Shown one piece after another: positions 35,141 to 43,799 of a stretch of DNA of 64,000 nucleotides (positions within the stretch are counted from its first letter, which is position 1; each line of letters begins with the position of its first letter). Position numbers and translations under genes: made by a program. Under the pieces are notes generated by a model that was not told where the DNA came from, made no database searches, and saw nothing but the letters and a program-made list of their open reading frames with translations. The stretch spans positions 12,984 to 76,983 of IMG/VR virus record IMGVR_UViG_3300013285_000009. One strand, 5' to 3'. The DNA comes from a virus. Its lineage: Duplodnaviria > Heunggongvirae > Uroviricota > Caudoviricetes.

Positions 35141-35551
35141 ATGGCTTACATGAATCAAGAACGCAAAGCAGAACGTGCCCCCGCTATCAAAGCTATTCTG
35201 AAAAAGTACAATGTCAAGGGCTCACTTGCAGTGCGTAATCACATGACTTTGGTTCTTAACATCAAGTCCGGTTCTATCGATTTTGTTGACAACTTCAACA
35301 AAACAGTTGCTGCCGATCATTATCTATCTGCTCGTGGCTTTACTCCAGCAGAAAAATCTATCCAAGTAAATCCGTATCACTATGAAAACCATTTCAGCGG
35401 TGATGCAAAGTCATTCATGCAAGAAGTTTTTGCAGTGCTGAACGGCGGCAATCATAACAACTCGGATATTCAATCTGACTATTTTGATGTGGGCTGGTAC
35501 ACTGACGTTAACATCGGTGCTTGGGACAAACCTTATACAGTGAGTATCTAA
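35141..35551 (+). CDS. hypothetical protein
   Basis: 136 aa. Confidence 0.45.
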   Translation: MAYMNQERKAERAPAIKAILKKYNVKGSLAVRNHMTLVLNIKSGSIDFVDNFNKTVAADHYLSARGFTPAEKSIQVNPYHYENHFSGDAKSFMQEVFAVLNGGNHNNSDIQSDYFDVGWYTDVNIGAWDKPYTVSI

Positions 35552-35555
35552 TACT

Positions 35556-35780
35556 ATGAACAAAATTACACTTACCAATCTAACACAATATCAAGTAGAA
35601 ATGCTGGACATGATGTGGAGTCTGGATTCATTTGAAGAATTCACTGAATGGCAAGATAGTCTGGATGCTGAGGATAAACAACTCTCACAATCCCTAGCTG
35701 ATGCAGTGCGCCAGTCTGCAATGGATGAAATTATCGACTGTACCGAGGCTAATCAGGTCCTTGCTCAGTTTCGTCTGTAA
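35556..35780 (+). CDS. hypothetical acidic protein
   Basis: 74 aa. Confidence 0.4.
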   Translation: MNKITLTNLTQYQVEMLDMMWSLDSFEEFTEWQDSLDAEDKQLSQSLADAVRQSAMDEIIDCTEANQVLAQFRL

Positions 35781-35813
35781 TCAAATTTAACCAAATTCTT
35801 ATGATAGAAATGC

Positions 35814-35842
35814 TTGACAATAGTGTCCGTTTCTGTTATAAT
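35814..35842 (+). promoter_or_regulatory. family promoter, divergent variant
   Basis: GCTTGACAATAGTGTCCGTTTCTGTTATAAT. Confidence 0.5.
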
Positions 35843-35898
35843 AATAACTGTGCTGAATAATCAGCATTTATCTAACTTAGCTAATCAAAGGAAACATC

Positions 35899-36297
35899 AT
35901 GGCTAATCTTACACAAGTCTTCAAAGTCGCTGGCATCACTACTCACGGTGATTCCACTAAAGTTCGTTTTACTGATGACCTCGTTCGTCGTATTAAACAG
36001 TTCTCTAAAGGTGGGGCATCACGCATTGATCTTATGGAGTTGCCTACAGCAATGACTAAGATTGAGGCACTCAAGTATATGCAAGCTCATGCAGACTTTC
36101 AAAGTCCAAGTGACCAAGCGACTATTGCTGATTCTTTGGAAGATCGTACTAAGGAATCCAAGAAAGGCGAAGTTAAAGTATCTAAGTCAACTGCCCCTAC
36201 CCTCGACGCTATCAAGGCCCGCGGCAAGGTAGCCCGTAAAGATGTCACTGCTGCTGACATCCTCGCGGCTACAATGCACAACGTAGATCCTGCATAA
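35899..36297 (+). CDS. hypothetical protein
   Basis: 132 aa; RBS AAAGGAAA. Confidence 0.45.
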   Translation: MANLTQVFKVAGITTHGDSTKVRFTDDLVRRIKQFSKGGASRIDLMELPTAMTKIEALKYMQAHADFQSPSDQATIADSLEDRTKESKKGEVKVSKSTAPTLDAIKARGKVARKDVTAADILAATMHNVDPA

Positions 36298-36336
36298 AAG
36301 AAGATACACATCTCTTAATCCTATAGGAAATAAAAT

Positions 36337-36549
36337 ATGACCACACCTTATCTGCTGTCATCGTACAAGCAAACTCAGCGTAAATTTAATCCTGCTGACA
36401 AGCAAGACTTGCTGGAACTGAAGTTTTTCAAAGATAATAACAAGTGGAAAAATAAATGTCCATTCACGTTGACGTTTCCTTATATTGAGGTGCCTATCAT
36501 GTGCAATGCTCTGTACACGGATCATATGCTATCAAAGATTAAAGTGTGA
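36337..36549 (+). CDS. hypothetical protein
   Basis: 70 aa; RBS TAGGAAA. Confidence 0.4.
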   Translation: MTTPYLLSSYKQTQRKFNPADKQDLLELKFFKDNNKWKNKCPFTLTFPYIEVPIMCNALYTDHMLSKIKV

Positions 36550-36564
36550 TGCGCCACGTCGTGG

Positions 36565-36592
36565 AAAAGCCCCTAAATTAGGGGCTTTTTTA
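36565..36592. terminator. bidirectional rho-independent terminator at the convergence point of plus- and minus-strand blocks
   Basis: AAAAGCCCCT-AAATT-AGGGGCTTTTTT with A-run and T-run on either side. Confidence 0.75.
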
Positions 36593-36606
36593 ATGGCTAA
36601 AATTTG

Positions 36607-37050
36607 TTAAATGTTTGCAGTCAGTGACATGTAATAAGTCACACCGCGTATTACGATTGGTATTTTGAATGCAATAACATTGTCAATTGCAGCGACCGGT
36701 GAACTACCTGTGATTGTGATATTAGCCGGAAGAATCACGCTGCTTGAGATTGATACGTTTTGCAATACACCGGTTGATGTAATGTTTGGCTGGGCGCCGG
36801 CGGTCACAGTTCCTGCAACTATTGCCACCTGAGCAGTATCTGAAGATACTGCATGAACGGCATTTGCTGCTGAACTAAATAGTGAGCCACCCGCACCTGA
36901 CAGAATCATGTTACCGATAACTTGTAAATTTGCACTTACTGTAGTCGGCACACCTGTCATAGTAACTACCGGTACTAGGGTGTTGTATGATATTCCTGCC
37001 TGCGTACTTTGCACGAGGTTGGTTATTTTAATACTGGTACTTGTCGTCAT
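36607..37050 (-). CDS. tail-fibre-associated protein (Gly/Ser/Thr/Val-rich)
   Basis: 147 aa; composition like the adjacent fibre protein. Confidence 0.4.
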   Translation of the reverse strand: MTTSTSIKITNLVQSTQAGISYNTLVPVVTMTGVPTTVSANLQVIGNMILSGAGGSLFSSAANAVHAVSSDTAQVAIVAGTVTAGAQPNITSTGVLQNVSISSSVILPANITITGSSPVAAIDNVIAFKIPIVIRGVTYYMSLTANI

Positions 37051-37065
37051 TTAAATTTCTTTCTA

Positions 37066-38190
37066 TTAAGCAAACACTGCCCCGTTGTTTCCAACGCAGA
37101 ACCATTTGCTACTCATGTATTGTAATGTACAGCCTGCACCTATTGTGCCGAATGTCATGGTGCCGGCACCGGACGCTTTCCAGCCTGCGTTAGTAACGGT
37201 GATAACCATGTTACCAGCGGAGATACTATTAGCCATGAACGTTTTAATTTGGCCCGACACACCTGCTGCTAGTGTTGCAGTTTCTGCTGCTGCTGTTGTG
37301 AAGTAACTCGCGGTCGTTGCTAAACTGACTGCTGCCAAGTTTGCAAGGTCTTCGCCGCCGTTGAAGGACACGCGGCCCGTAGTTAGTAAATTACCACCGG
37401 TGATGTTGCCTGCGATTACCAAGTCATTTGGCAAATCAACTGTGATTGTACCTGACGATGATATTGGACTACCTGTGATTACCAATGAAGTGCTGCTTGT
37501 CACCGCAACACTGGTGACACCTGATAGTTGAGTCGCATTGATAGTTACGTTGCCGTTGCCACCGCTAACTGATATACCTGTACCTGCATTGATACGAGTC
37601 ACACCGGTGTTGATTATGTTGATGTTACCGGATGACGTGACCGGGCTACCCGTAACTTGAATACCGGCACCGGGTGTTACACCAACATAAGTTACAGTGC
37701 CGGCTGATGCAGCACTAGCGATATTTGCTACTCTACCGTATGAGTCTACCGTCAATGTGGGGTAAGTGTATGTACCCGGTATTAAATTGGGGATAGTAGC
37801 TAGATCGATACTAATGTTACCGCTTGTAACTAGCGGTGAGCCGGTTACTACCAATCGATTTGCACCGGGTAATAACCCGACGCTTGTAATACCCGCGCCG
37901 TTGCCGCTACCAGTAGATGATATCGTAACATTACCGTTTGAACTATCAATTACGATGTTGTCACCGGCAATGATATTTACCACGCCCGTGTTTGTTATGT
38001 CTAGTGTGCCGGCTGATGCATTATTTGCAACTGAAATACCGGTGTTGCCAGTGAATGTATTGTACGGACTAGCGTTTGAGAATAATATAGTAAAATTGGT
38101 GTTTGCCTTAGTGAATGCAGAGAATAGTGAGTCACTTCCTACTGATTCATTTGGTAACCCGATGTTTATTACCTGAATGCCTGATATCAT
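37066..38190 (-). CDS. tail fibre or receptor-binding protein with internal sequence repeats
   Basis: repeats VTGSPLVTSGNISIDL / VTGSPVTSSGNINII / ITGSPISSSGTITVDL; Gly/Ser/Thr/Asn-rich. Confidence 0.55.
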   Translation of the reverse strand: MISGIQVINIGLPNESVGSDSLFSAFTKANTNFTILFSNASPYNTFTGNTGISVANNASAGTLDITNTGVVNIIAGDNIVIDSSNGNVTISSTGSGNGAGITSVGLLPGANRLVVTGSPLVTSGNISIDLATIPNLIPGTYTYPTLTVDSYGRVANIASAASAGTVTYVGVTPGAGIQVTGSPVTSSGNINIINTGVTRINAGTGISVSGGNGNVTINATQLSGVTSVAVTSSTSLVITGSPISSSGTITVDLPNDLVIAGNITGGNLLTTGRVSFNGGEDLANLAAVSLATTASYFTTAAAETATLAAGVSGQIKTFMANSISAGNMVITVTNAGWKASGAGTMTFGTIGAGCTLQYMSSKWFCVGNNGAVFA

Positions 38191-38214
38191 GATTTAATCC
38201 TTATATAGTATTTA

Positions 38215-38544
38215 TCAAAATGGATTAAATGAACTCCCGCATCCGCAAGTAGTTTGGGCCTGTGGATTGCTAATCTTAAAGCTTGCACCCATCAAGTTTT
38301 CTACGTAATCTACACTCGCATTCAGTAAGTATTGAGCACTCAGACTATCAACTAGTATGACGGTATCACCTGAGGACACTTCAAAATCATCTTCATTTTT
38401 CTCATCATCCATAGCAAAGCCGTAGCTCATTCCACTACAGCCCCCACCTTGCACATACATACGCAAACGTACTGCGGGATTATTTTCTTCTAATAAAAGT
38501 TCTGCTATTTTATCGGTAGCGTTTTGTGTAATAGTAATGTTCAT
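38215..38544 (-). CDS. erpA: A-type iron-sulfur cluster carrier ErpA/IscA (HesB family)
   Basis: near-collinear with E. coli ErpA: RLRMYVQGGGCSGMSYGF ... VDYVENLMGASFKISNPQAQTTCGCGSSF (three conserved Cys). Confidence 0.9.
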   Translation of the reverse strand: MNITITQNATDKIAELLLEENNPAVRLRMYVQGGGCSGMSYGFAMDDEKNEDDFEVSSGDTVILVDSLSAQYLLNASVDYVENLMGASFKISNPQAQTTCGCGSSFNPF

Positions 38545-38556
38545 GTCTATATTTAG

Positions 38557-39318
38557 CTATGACAGGTCTTGTGTAATTCTTTTATGCAGGATTTCAGCGA
38601 GGCCCTTGCTAGATTCTATACCTTGATGATATAAGTCTCTTGAGAAGTCTATCTTCTTAAATTCAATTTCAGTATCACTTCCGATAGTATCATCAATTAC
38701 GATATTATATACAGGACAAGTAAGTACTGTCTTTAGGAGCTTTGTGGCAAGGAATCGACGTGTTTGAAACAATTGCACGTCATCACCTGCCATGATTAAA
38801 TCATGTATGGGTCTAAACTCTGACCAAATACCAGAGATTGCTAGGTCGCGGACTGGACGCATCTTGTGTAGGCCTCTAGTTGTGTAATTCGTGACAAATC
38901 GATTATAGTCGGGCCAGTGTATTATGACAGCTTTTGGTTTCTTTTGGGCAACCGACATCCAGTTGACGATATTGTACATGAGTACGTCAACACCCGAGCC
39001 ACTAACACCTAGATTATAATAATCACATCCCACCAATTTACTTGTCATTGCAGCATATGATAAATCTAGTTCAAGTCCGGCGCCAAAGGATGCACTTGCG
39101 CCGGCAAATAATATGTAATTGTCAAAGTCAATATCACTTATTTCCTTACTGCGGTGACCATGAGAATTCAATGAGTATTTAACCTCATGGTTACGATAAT
39201 ACCAATCTTGGGGTTGTGTTAGTAGACTTGCTGCAAATAACTTATCAGTATCAATTGCTATGTGATCTAGTACAATTGATGAGGCATCATCCCCTATAAA
39301 ATTATCATAGAAATTCAT
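38557..39318 (-). CDS. hypothetical protein, tandem paralog 1 (possible SGNH-type hydrolase)
   Basis: MNFYDNFIG.. N-terminus and NLGVSGSGVDVLMYNIVNW shared with 39305-39826. Confidence 0.4.
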   Translation of the reverse strand: MNFYDNFIGDDASSIVLDHIAIDTDKLFAASLLTQPQDWYYRNHEVKYSLNSHGHRSKEISDIDFDNYILFAGASASFGAGLELDLSYAAMTSKLVGCDYYNLGVSGSGVDVLMYNIVNWMSVAQKKPKAVIIHWPDYNRFVTNYTTRGLHKMRPVRDLAISGIWSEFRPIHDLIMAGDDVQLFQTRRFLATKLLKTVLTCPVYNIVIDDTIGSDTEIEFKKIDFSRDLYHQGIESSKGLAEILHKRITQDLS

Positions 39319-39826
39319 TTAATACTCCGGTAATATTATCAGTGACGTAATGCACGGGACAGTCACACACGCTTGCTATTAATTTCTTAGCAAGTAATTC
39401 TCGGCATTCAAAGTACTGGGTAATTTCGCCGGCAGTGATAACATCACTAATTACGGAATCTCTCTTATCCACTGGACCGAATGATACTATATCACATTTT
39501 TCTTTAATCTTGGCCCGCTTGGTATCAGTTGATGCAAAGATATTGGGATTGGGTAACCGAATTATTAATGCTTTGGGAGGTCGAGTAACAGTATAGAACC
39601 ATGCAATTACGTTGTGTAGTACAATATCAACACCCGATCCATCAACTGATAAGTTATAGTGCGGGGTCTCACTGAGTGCATCTGAAAACTCTCTTGAGTC
39701 GCCACCTACATATAAAATGTAGTCAGACTGTACAACAGTTTCAATTTCTTCACATAAGTGACCATTGGAGTTGAATCCACGTAGATTGCTTTCGTTGCTA
39801 CCTATAAAATTATTGTAGAACTTCAT
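39305..39826 (-). CDS. hypothetical protein, tandem paralog 2
   Basis: MKFYNNFIG..; VGGDSREF (GDS-like); NLSVDGSGVDIVLHNVIAWF. Confidence 0.4.
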   Translation of the reverse strand: MKFYNNFIGSNESNLRGFNSNGHLCEEIETVVQSDYILYVGGDSREFSDALSETPHYNLSVDGSGVDIVLHNVIAWFYTVTRPPKALIIRLPNPNIFASTDTKRAKIKEKCDIVSFGPVDKRDSVISDVITAGEITQYFECRELLAKKLIASVCDCPVHYVTDNITGVLNEFL

Positions 39827-40041
39827 TATCGTCTCCTCGTGATCCGGCCTTTAGTAAGATCATACGGTGAGAATTCTACTTCTACCGTATCACCTAGTAA
39901 TATTTTAATTGCATGTTGTCGCATCTTACCGGAGATGTGACCTACTATTTTTGCCCCGGATTCTAATGTAATACGGAATGTGGCATTCGATAACACATCA
40001 GTTACCTTGCCGTCCATTTTAATGCCTTCTTCTTTTGCCAT
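39826..40041 (-). CDS. infA: translation initiation factor IF-1
   Basis: [71 protein letters not shown], about 60% identical to E. coli IF1 along the full length. Confidence 0.9.
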   Translation of the reverse strand: MAKEEGIKMDGKVTDVLSNATFRITLESGAKIVGHISGKMRQHAIKILLGDTVEVEFSPYDLTKGRITRRR

Positions 40042-40058
40042 TTAGTTTAGTATTTCCC

Positions 40059-40382
40059 TTAATTAACTTCTCGGGCTTGCAACTTTGCCCACATGAATTC
40101 TTTCATTTCTGCCTCATCGTTAGTAACATATCCGTAACGACCAAACTCGGTGCGATCTTTAATGATCTTAACACCACCCTTAGGTCCTTGACACCAAATT
40201 TTATTACTGAGTTCACCGTATCCGCGCACAAGTCGCTGACCTCGCAGAAGGTTAATTCGGTATACGCAAGCCGGGATTCCCGCGAAGTCTCGTTCAATGA
40301 CACAATAATAAGTACCTGTTTTATCCACGGCGCATCCTGGCAATATCAATTGCATCCTGATCACAGAACACCGGCACTGCAT
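40059..40382 (-). CDS. hypothetical protein
   Basis: 107 aa; overlaps 40321-40716 by 62 nt in another frame. Confidence 0.3.
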   Translation of the reverse strand: MQCRCSVIRMQLILPGCAVDKTGTYYCVIERDFAGIPACVYRINLLRGQRLVRGYGELSNKIWCQGPKGGVKIIKDRTEFGRYGYVTNDEAEMKEFMWAKLQAREVN

Positions 40383-40716
40383 TGCTCTTGTGCAGTTGGC
40401 TGATGCCTAGCATTTTTGTGCCAGTGTATTGTGGTGAGGGTTTGTGAGTCACAGCACCCGCTTCTCCTGTATTACGAGAAGGGATATGTTTAGTAGAGCG
40501 TCCTTCAGGCACAGTCAATGAATATTGAAGCGTTTCCGCCCGACTTGCGCACCTGCGTTTATTTTCTTCCTGCTCAACGCCCCACTTATTCTGCAATTCT
40601 TTCCAAGAGGCGGCAAGCTCTCGCGCTCTTTGTGCCTCTGCTGAACTCTTGAATTTCTGCTTACCCTTTAACTTGCCGGACGTGGTTAATGCCGGATGTG
40701 ATAGGTGCATTGTCAT
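40321..40716 (-). CDS. hypothetical basic protein
   Basis: 131 aa; Lys/Arg-rich. Confidence 0.35.
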   Translation of the reverse strand: MTMHLSHPALTTSGKLKGKQKFKSSAEAQRARELAASWKELQNKWGVEQEENKRRCASRAETLQYSLTVPEGRSTKHIPSRNTGEAGAVTHKPSPQYTGTKMLGISQLHKSNAVPVFCDQDAIDIARMRRG

Positions 40717-40780
40717 ATGGTAATATTGTACATTGTTGAACAGATTATAGTATACTATATTTATGCTTGCAAGTCAATCA

Positions 40781-41218
40781 TTATCTTTTCAAAATTGCCC
40801 AAACTTTCTCTTTTTCAATGATCTCTTTTTCTAGTTCTAGGTAGGCTTCGCGCAATCCCCGTAGATTTTCCCATTTTTCTTCTAGCTCTGGGTTTGGATG
40901 AAGGATAGCTAGCCGTTTCTCAATATTTTCTAAAACCTCTGACAACTTCTTGCCCTTAATAGTAATCTCACCGGAGAATGAAGCATTGCCTTGCACATCT
41001 AAAGTCGTGGGGTTATGATGCGTGGAGGCCGACACAGTACCCACCGTACCAAGCATTGAACTACCTGATATATTAACAGTAGGCCAAGCACCGGCATTTG
41101 ATCCGGCTAGGGATCCCGATGCTAATGTAGTTATTGTATTCGAGCCGCCGGCGATACCGATACCCTGCATGGTAGTATATATACTTTCTTTTATGGTAGG
41201 ATCAAGATATAGTGACAT
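40781..41218 (-). CDS. hypothetical Gly/Ser-rich protein with C-terminal coiled coil (structural or fibre-associated?)
   Basis: 145 aa. Confidence 0.3.
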   Translation of the reverse strand: MSLYLDPTIKESIYTTMQGIGIAGGSNTITTLASGSLAGSNAGAWPTVNISGSSMLGTVGTVSASTHHNPTTLDVQGNASFSGEITIKGKKLSEVLENIEKRLAILHPNPELEEKWENLRGLREAYLELEKEIIEKEKVWAILKR

Positions 41219-41408
41219 TGTTGTCCTTCTTATCGAGGATGTAGCGGCCCTGAGTATCTACCCCGAAGTCAATAGTATCTCCCTCTTTCCATCCTAGGAT
41301 TTCTAATAGGATAGGAGGGATTGGTAGTAAGATGTCACCTGTCTCCGGATCTTCTTGGGTGATTACTTCATATCGTTTGTTTTCTAATGCAGGATTTGGT
41401 TTAGTCAT
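41202..41408 (-). CDS. hypothetical protein
   Basis: 68 aa. Confidence 0.35.
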   Translation of the reverse strand: MTKPNPALENKRYEVITQEDPETGDILLPIPPILLEILGWKEGDTIDFGVDTQGRYILDKKDNNVTIS

Positions 41409-41409
41409 T

Positions 41410-41970
41410 TTAACTTTCTTGTCTAGCGTCGATATACGGGCGATAGATTTTTTCTAATTCTTGGATAGTGTGCTCTGTTGTACTATCATCGTGTTTTACT
41501 GCGATACCACCGTGGGCTGACCATGCATCCAAATACTTACCGAAGTCATCAACTAGCACGTTGGGTTGACCACCTTCAGTTGCATACTTATATTTGGCAG
41601 AAGTGAAAATAGCATCAGAACTGGTGCCCGGATTATGTGCATCTAACCATTCACGTTTGCCCTGTTTACTAGCCTCTCCCTGAATTCGAAGAGGTGCACT
41701 TAGTACAGTGTAAGGTATGTTATTATCACTCAGCCACTTGATTATAACTACTCCACCAGGAAGCGGGTTCAAGTCACGAAAGAAAGCATGTACATTTTCT
41801 GCACCAGTTGTGGCTAATTTGACAATTGATGCTTCATGGTCAGTGATATGCTTATAGTGATGCACGTTTTCAAACTCGGCCCAAGCTTGAAAAAAGTCAG
41901 CTTGAACTCCGTCCATGTCCAGGTACAAATGGGGAATTTTGTTGGGATATGTGATTTCAGTTGGTTTCAT
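41410..41970 (-). CDS. 5'(3')-deoxyribonucleotidase (HAD superfamily, NT5C-like)
   Basis: LYLDMDGVQADF DxDGV motif at the N-terminus; 186 aa. Confidence 0.7.
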   Translation of the reverse strand: MKPTEITYPNKIPHLYLDMDGVQADFFQAWAEFENVHHYKHITDHEASIVKLATTGAENVHAFFRDLNPLPGGVVIIKWLSDNNIPYTVLSAPLRIQGEASKQGKREWLDAHNPGTSSDAIFTSAKYKYATEGGQPNVLVDDFGKYLDAWSAHGGIAVKHDDSTTEHTIQELEKIYRPYIDARQES

Positions 41971-42088
41971 AATGTAATGATATAATTGTTGATGTAGCTC
42001 ACTTAAATATTATTATACACGTATTTAATTCGCAAGTCAATAGAGTGTGGGCAATAATACCAAGAGTAGTTTAAACTACCGAACCAAT

Positions 42089-42388
42089 ATGAAAAATGCA
42101 AAGCAGACTCCTATCCAACCATCACACCGGGTTAAACCCGGTTGGCCTCTGCACCGATGTATCTGCGTGATTGTGTTGGCGTTATCCAACACCTCTTTTG
42201 CATGGGATCAATATCCTCTCCCAATGGCCAATTACCAACACTGGACGAAGCTTGCAGAAATATGCGAAACACGAAGTCCCGTCAATGGAAAACCGGTAAC
42301 ATACGGTGCGAATGAGTTCGTAAAGAGTAGGAACGGTACTACTTTTGTAATTTGTAGGTGGGCGTATGTTCCGCTTAATAGCAAATGA
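42089..42388 (+). CDS. small secreted or lipoprotein
   Basis: in-frame ATG; hydrophobic LHRCICVIVLALSNTSFA signal-like segment. Confidence 0.35.
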   Translation: MKNAKQTPIQPSHRVKPGWPLHRCICVIVLALSNTSFAWDQYPLPMANYQHWTKLAEICETRSPVNGKPVTYGANEFVKSRNGTTFVICRWAYVPLNSK

Positions 42389-42867
42389 TTGATCCATTCA
42401 CAGCCTTTGCTATGGCCCAGGGGGCCGTAAGGGGCATTAAAGCAGCTATGCAAATGGGCAAGGATGTTACCAGCTTGTATAGAGAATTCGGCACATTTTT
42501 TCAATCGGCTGATGCAGTGCATACGGCCAGTAGTAAAATGCGAATGGAAACTATCGGCAAAAGTGATGCTCAAATCAGTAATGATGCACTACAAGTTGCC
42601 ATGGCATCTAAAGCATTGCGCGATAGCGAACGCGAACTTAAAGACCTTCTCTACTGGACCGGCAATGCTACAGTATGGGAAGACATGATGAAAGAACGAG
42701 TCCGGATGATGAAGGCGCGAAACGCTGCTGAAGCAGCAGTTGCTAAATTGAAGCAACAGAAAAAAGAAGACATTGCGAACGGTATCCTTAACGGCATGAT
42801 ATTTTTAGGAGCATTCGGGGTAGTGATTCCTCTACTGACATTTACGTTTAAGATAATTGTTCGATGA
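42385..42867 (+). CDS. hypothetical protein with C-terminal transmembrane anchor
   Basis: 160 aa; C-terminus GMIFLGAFGVVIPLLTFTF. Confidence 0.4.
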   Translation: MIDPFTAFAMAQGAVRGIKAAMQMGKDVTSLYREFGTFFQSADAVHTASSKMRMETIGKSDAQISNDALQVAMASKALRDSERELKDLLYWTGNATVWEDMMKERVRMMKARNAAEAAVAKLKQQKKEDIANGILNGMIFLGAFGVVIPLLTFTFKIIVR

Positions 42868-43037
42868 TGTATACCCAATCACTTCAGCATATGTATCAAG
42901 CTTGGCAACAAGGTAATCCGGATTATATACAAGATTGGTATAGGTTTGTGCAGCTAGCTACTAAATGGCTTGGCGTCAATGAAGATGAGATTATGCAGAC
43001 ACTAAGTAAGTGCAGGTGGTTTCATCGCCGTTCATAA
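42864..43037 (+). CDS. small hypothetical protein (57 aa)
   Basis: ATGATG overlap with upstream stop. Confidence 0.3.
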   Translation: MMYTQSLQHMYQAWQQGNPDYIQDWYRFVQLATKWLGVNEDEIMQTLSKCRWFHRRS

Positions 43038-43799
43038 CCAAGTCAGTTTTTCCTTAAGGAATTTAGTTCTATTGTTCACGTATATGCGATAATTGTCTAT
43101 GATTGATTGGGTCGGGACTCTATTTGCAAACGCAGCTATCTTAGTCAGACCCACATAATGCTCCTGATTAGGTGTATATAATTCTGAATAAGGTAGCGCA
43201 AGTACTTGATACTGCATTGAAGCAGGAACAATCGGGGTTGCGAAATAATCTGAGGATGATTCACGTAACTGTCGTTGTAACTTTGCTGTTAGATATAGCC
43301 ACAGTCCGTGAATGTCATCCTTCGATAATGAACCCGTATACGGTTTACCAAATGCTTTTTGATAGTGTTTCAAAAAGTATTGATATGACATGGGTGTCAT
43401 ATCAATACCTGAAATCTGTGCCTCTACTGCTGCAATATGATTCTTGTATAGCGTGTTCGCTGCAATTTCAGGTAAATCGTCATTCGTGAACGTAATGATG
43501 ATAACTTTCACATCCGGCAGGTTGATTGCAATATGATCGTATCTAGGATAACGGTGACTGAATAAAACGCCCGGGCAAGTATTATCGATGAATCTGAATG
43601 TTTCATATATATCAGGAGCATGTATATCACCGTCTTTTATATACCCCCAGTTTTTTGAAAAATCAGTTCGACTATGCGATGAATTATATGTTGAGTACGT
43701 TACTTCCGTATTAGATTCAGTAAGCATATCCCATAGAACTCCTGACACGAATCTGCCCGATGCTCCACCAATAAAACTTACAATAAATTGTTCTTTCAC
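43032..43799 (-). CDS. hypothetical protein
   Basis: 255 aa; N-terminal SFIGGASGRF glycine-rich loop. Confidence 0.4.
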   Translation of the reverse strand: MKEQFIVSFIGGASGRFVSGVLWDMLTESNTEVTYSTYNSSHSRTDFSKNWGYIKDGDIHAPDIYETFRFIDNTCPGVLFSHRYPRYDHIAINLPDVKVIIITFTNDDLPEIAANTLYKNHIAAVEAQISGIDMTPMSYQYFLKHYQKAFGKPYTGSLSKDDIHGLWLYLTAKLQRQLRESSSDYFATPIVPASMQYQVLALPYSELYTPNQEHYVGLTKIAAFANRVPTQSIIDNYRIYVNNRTKFLKEKLTWL

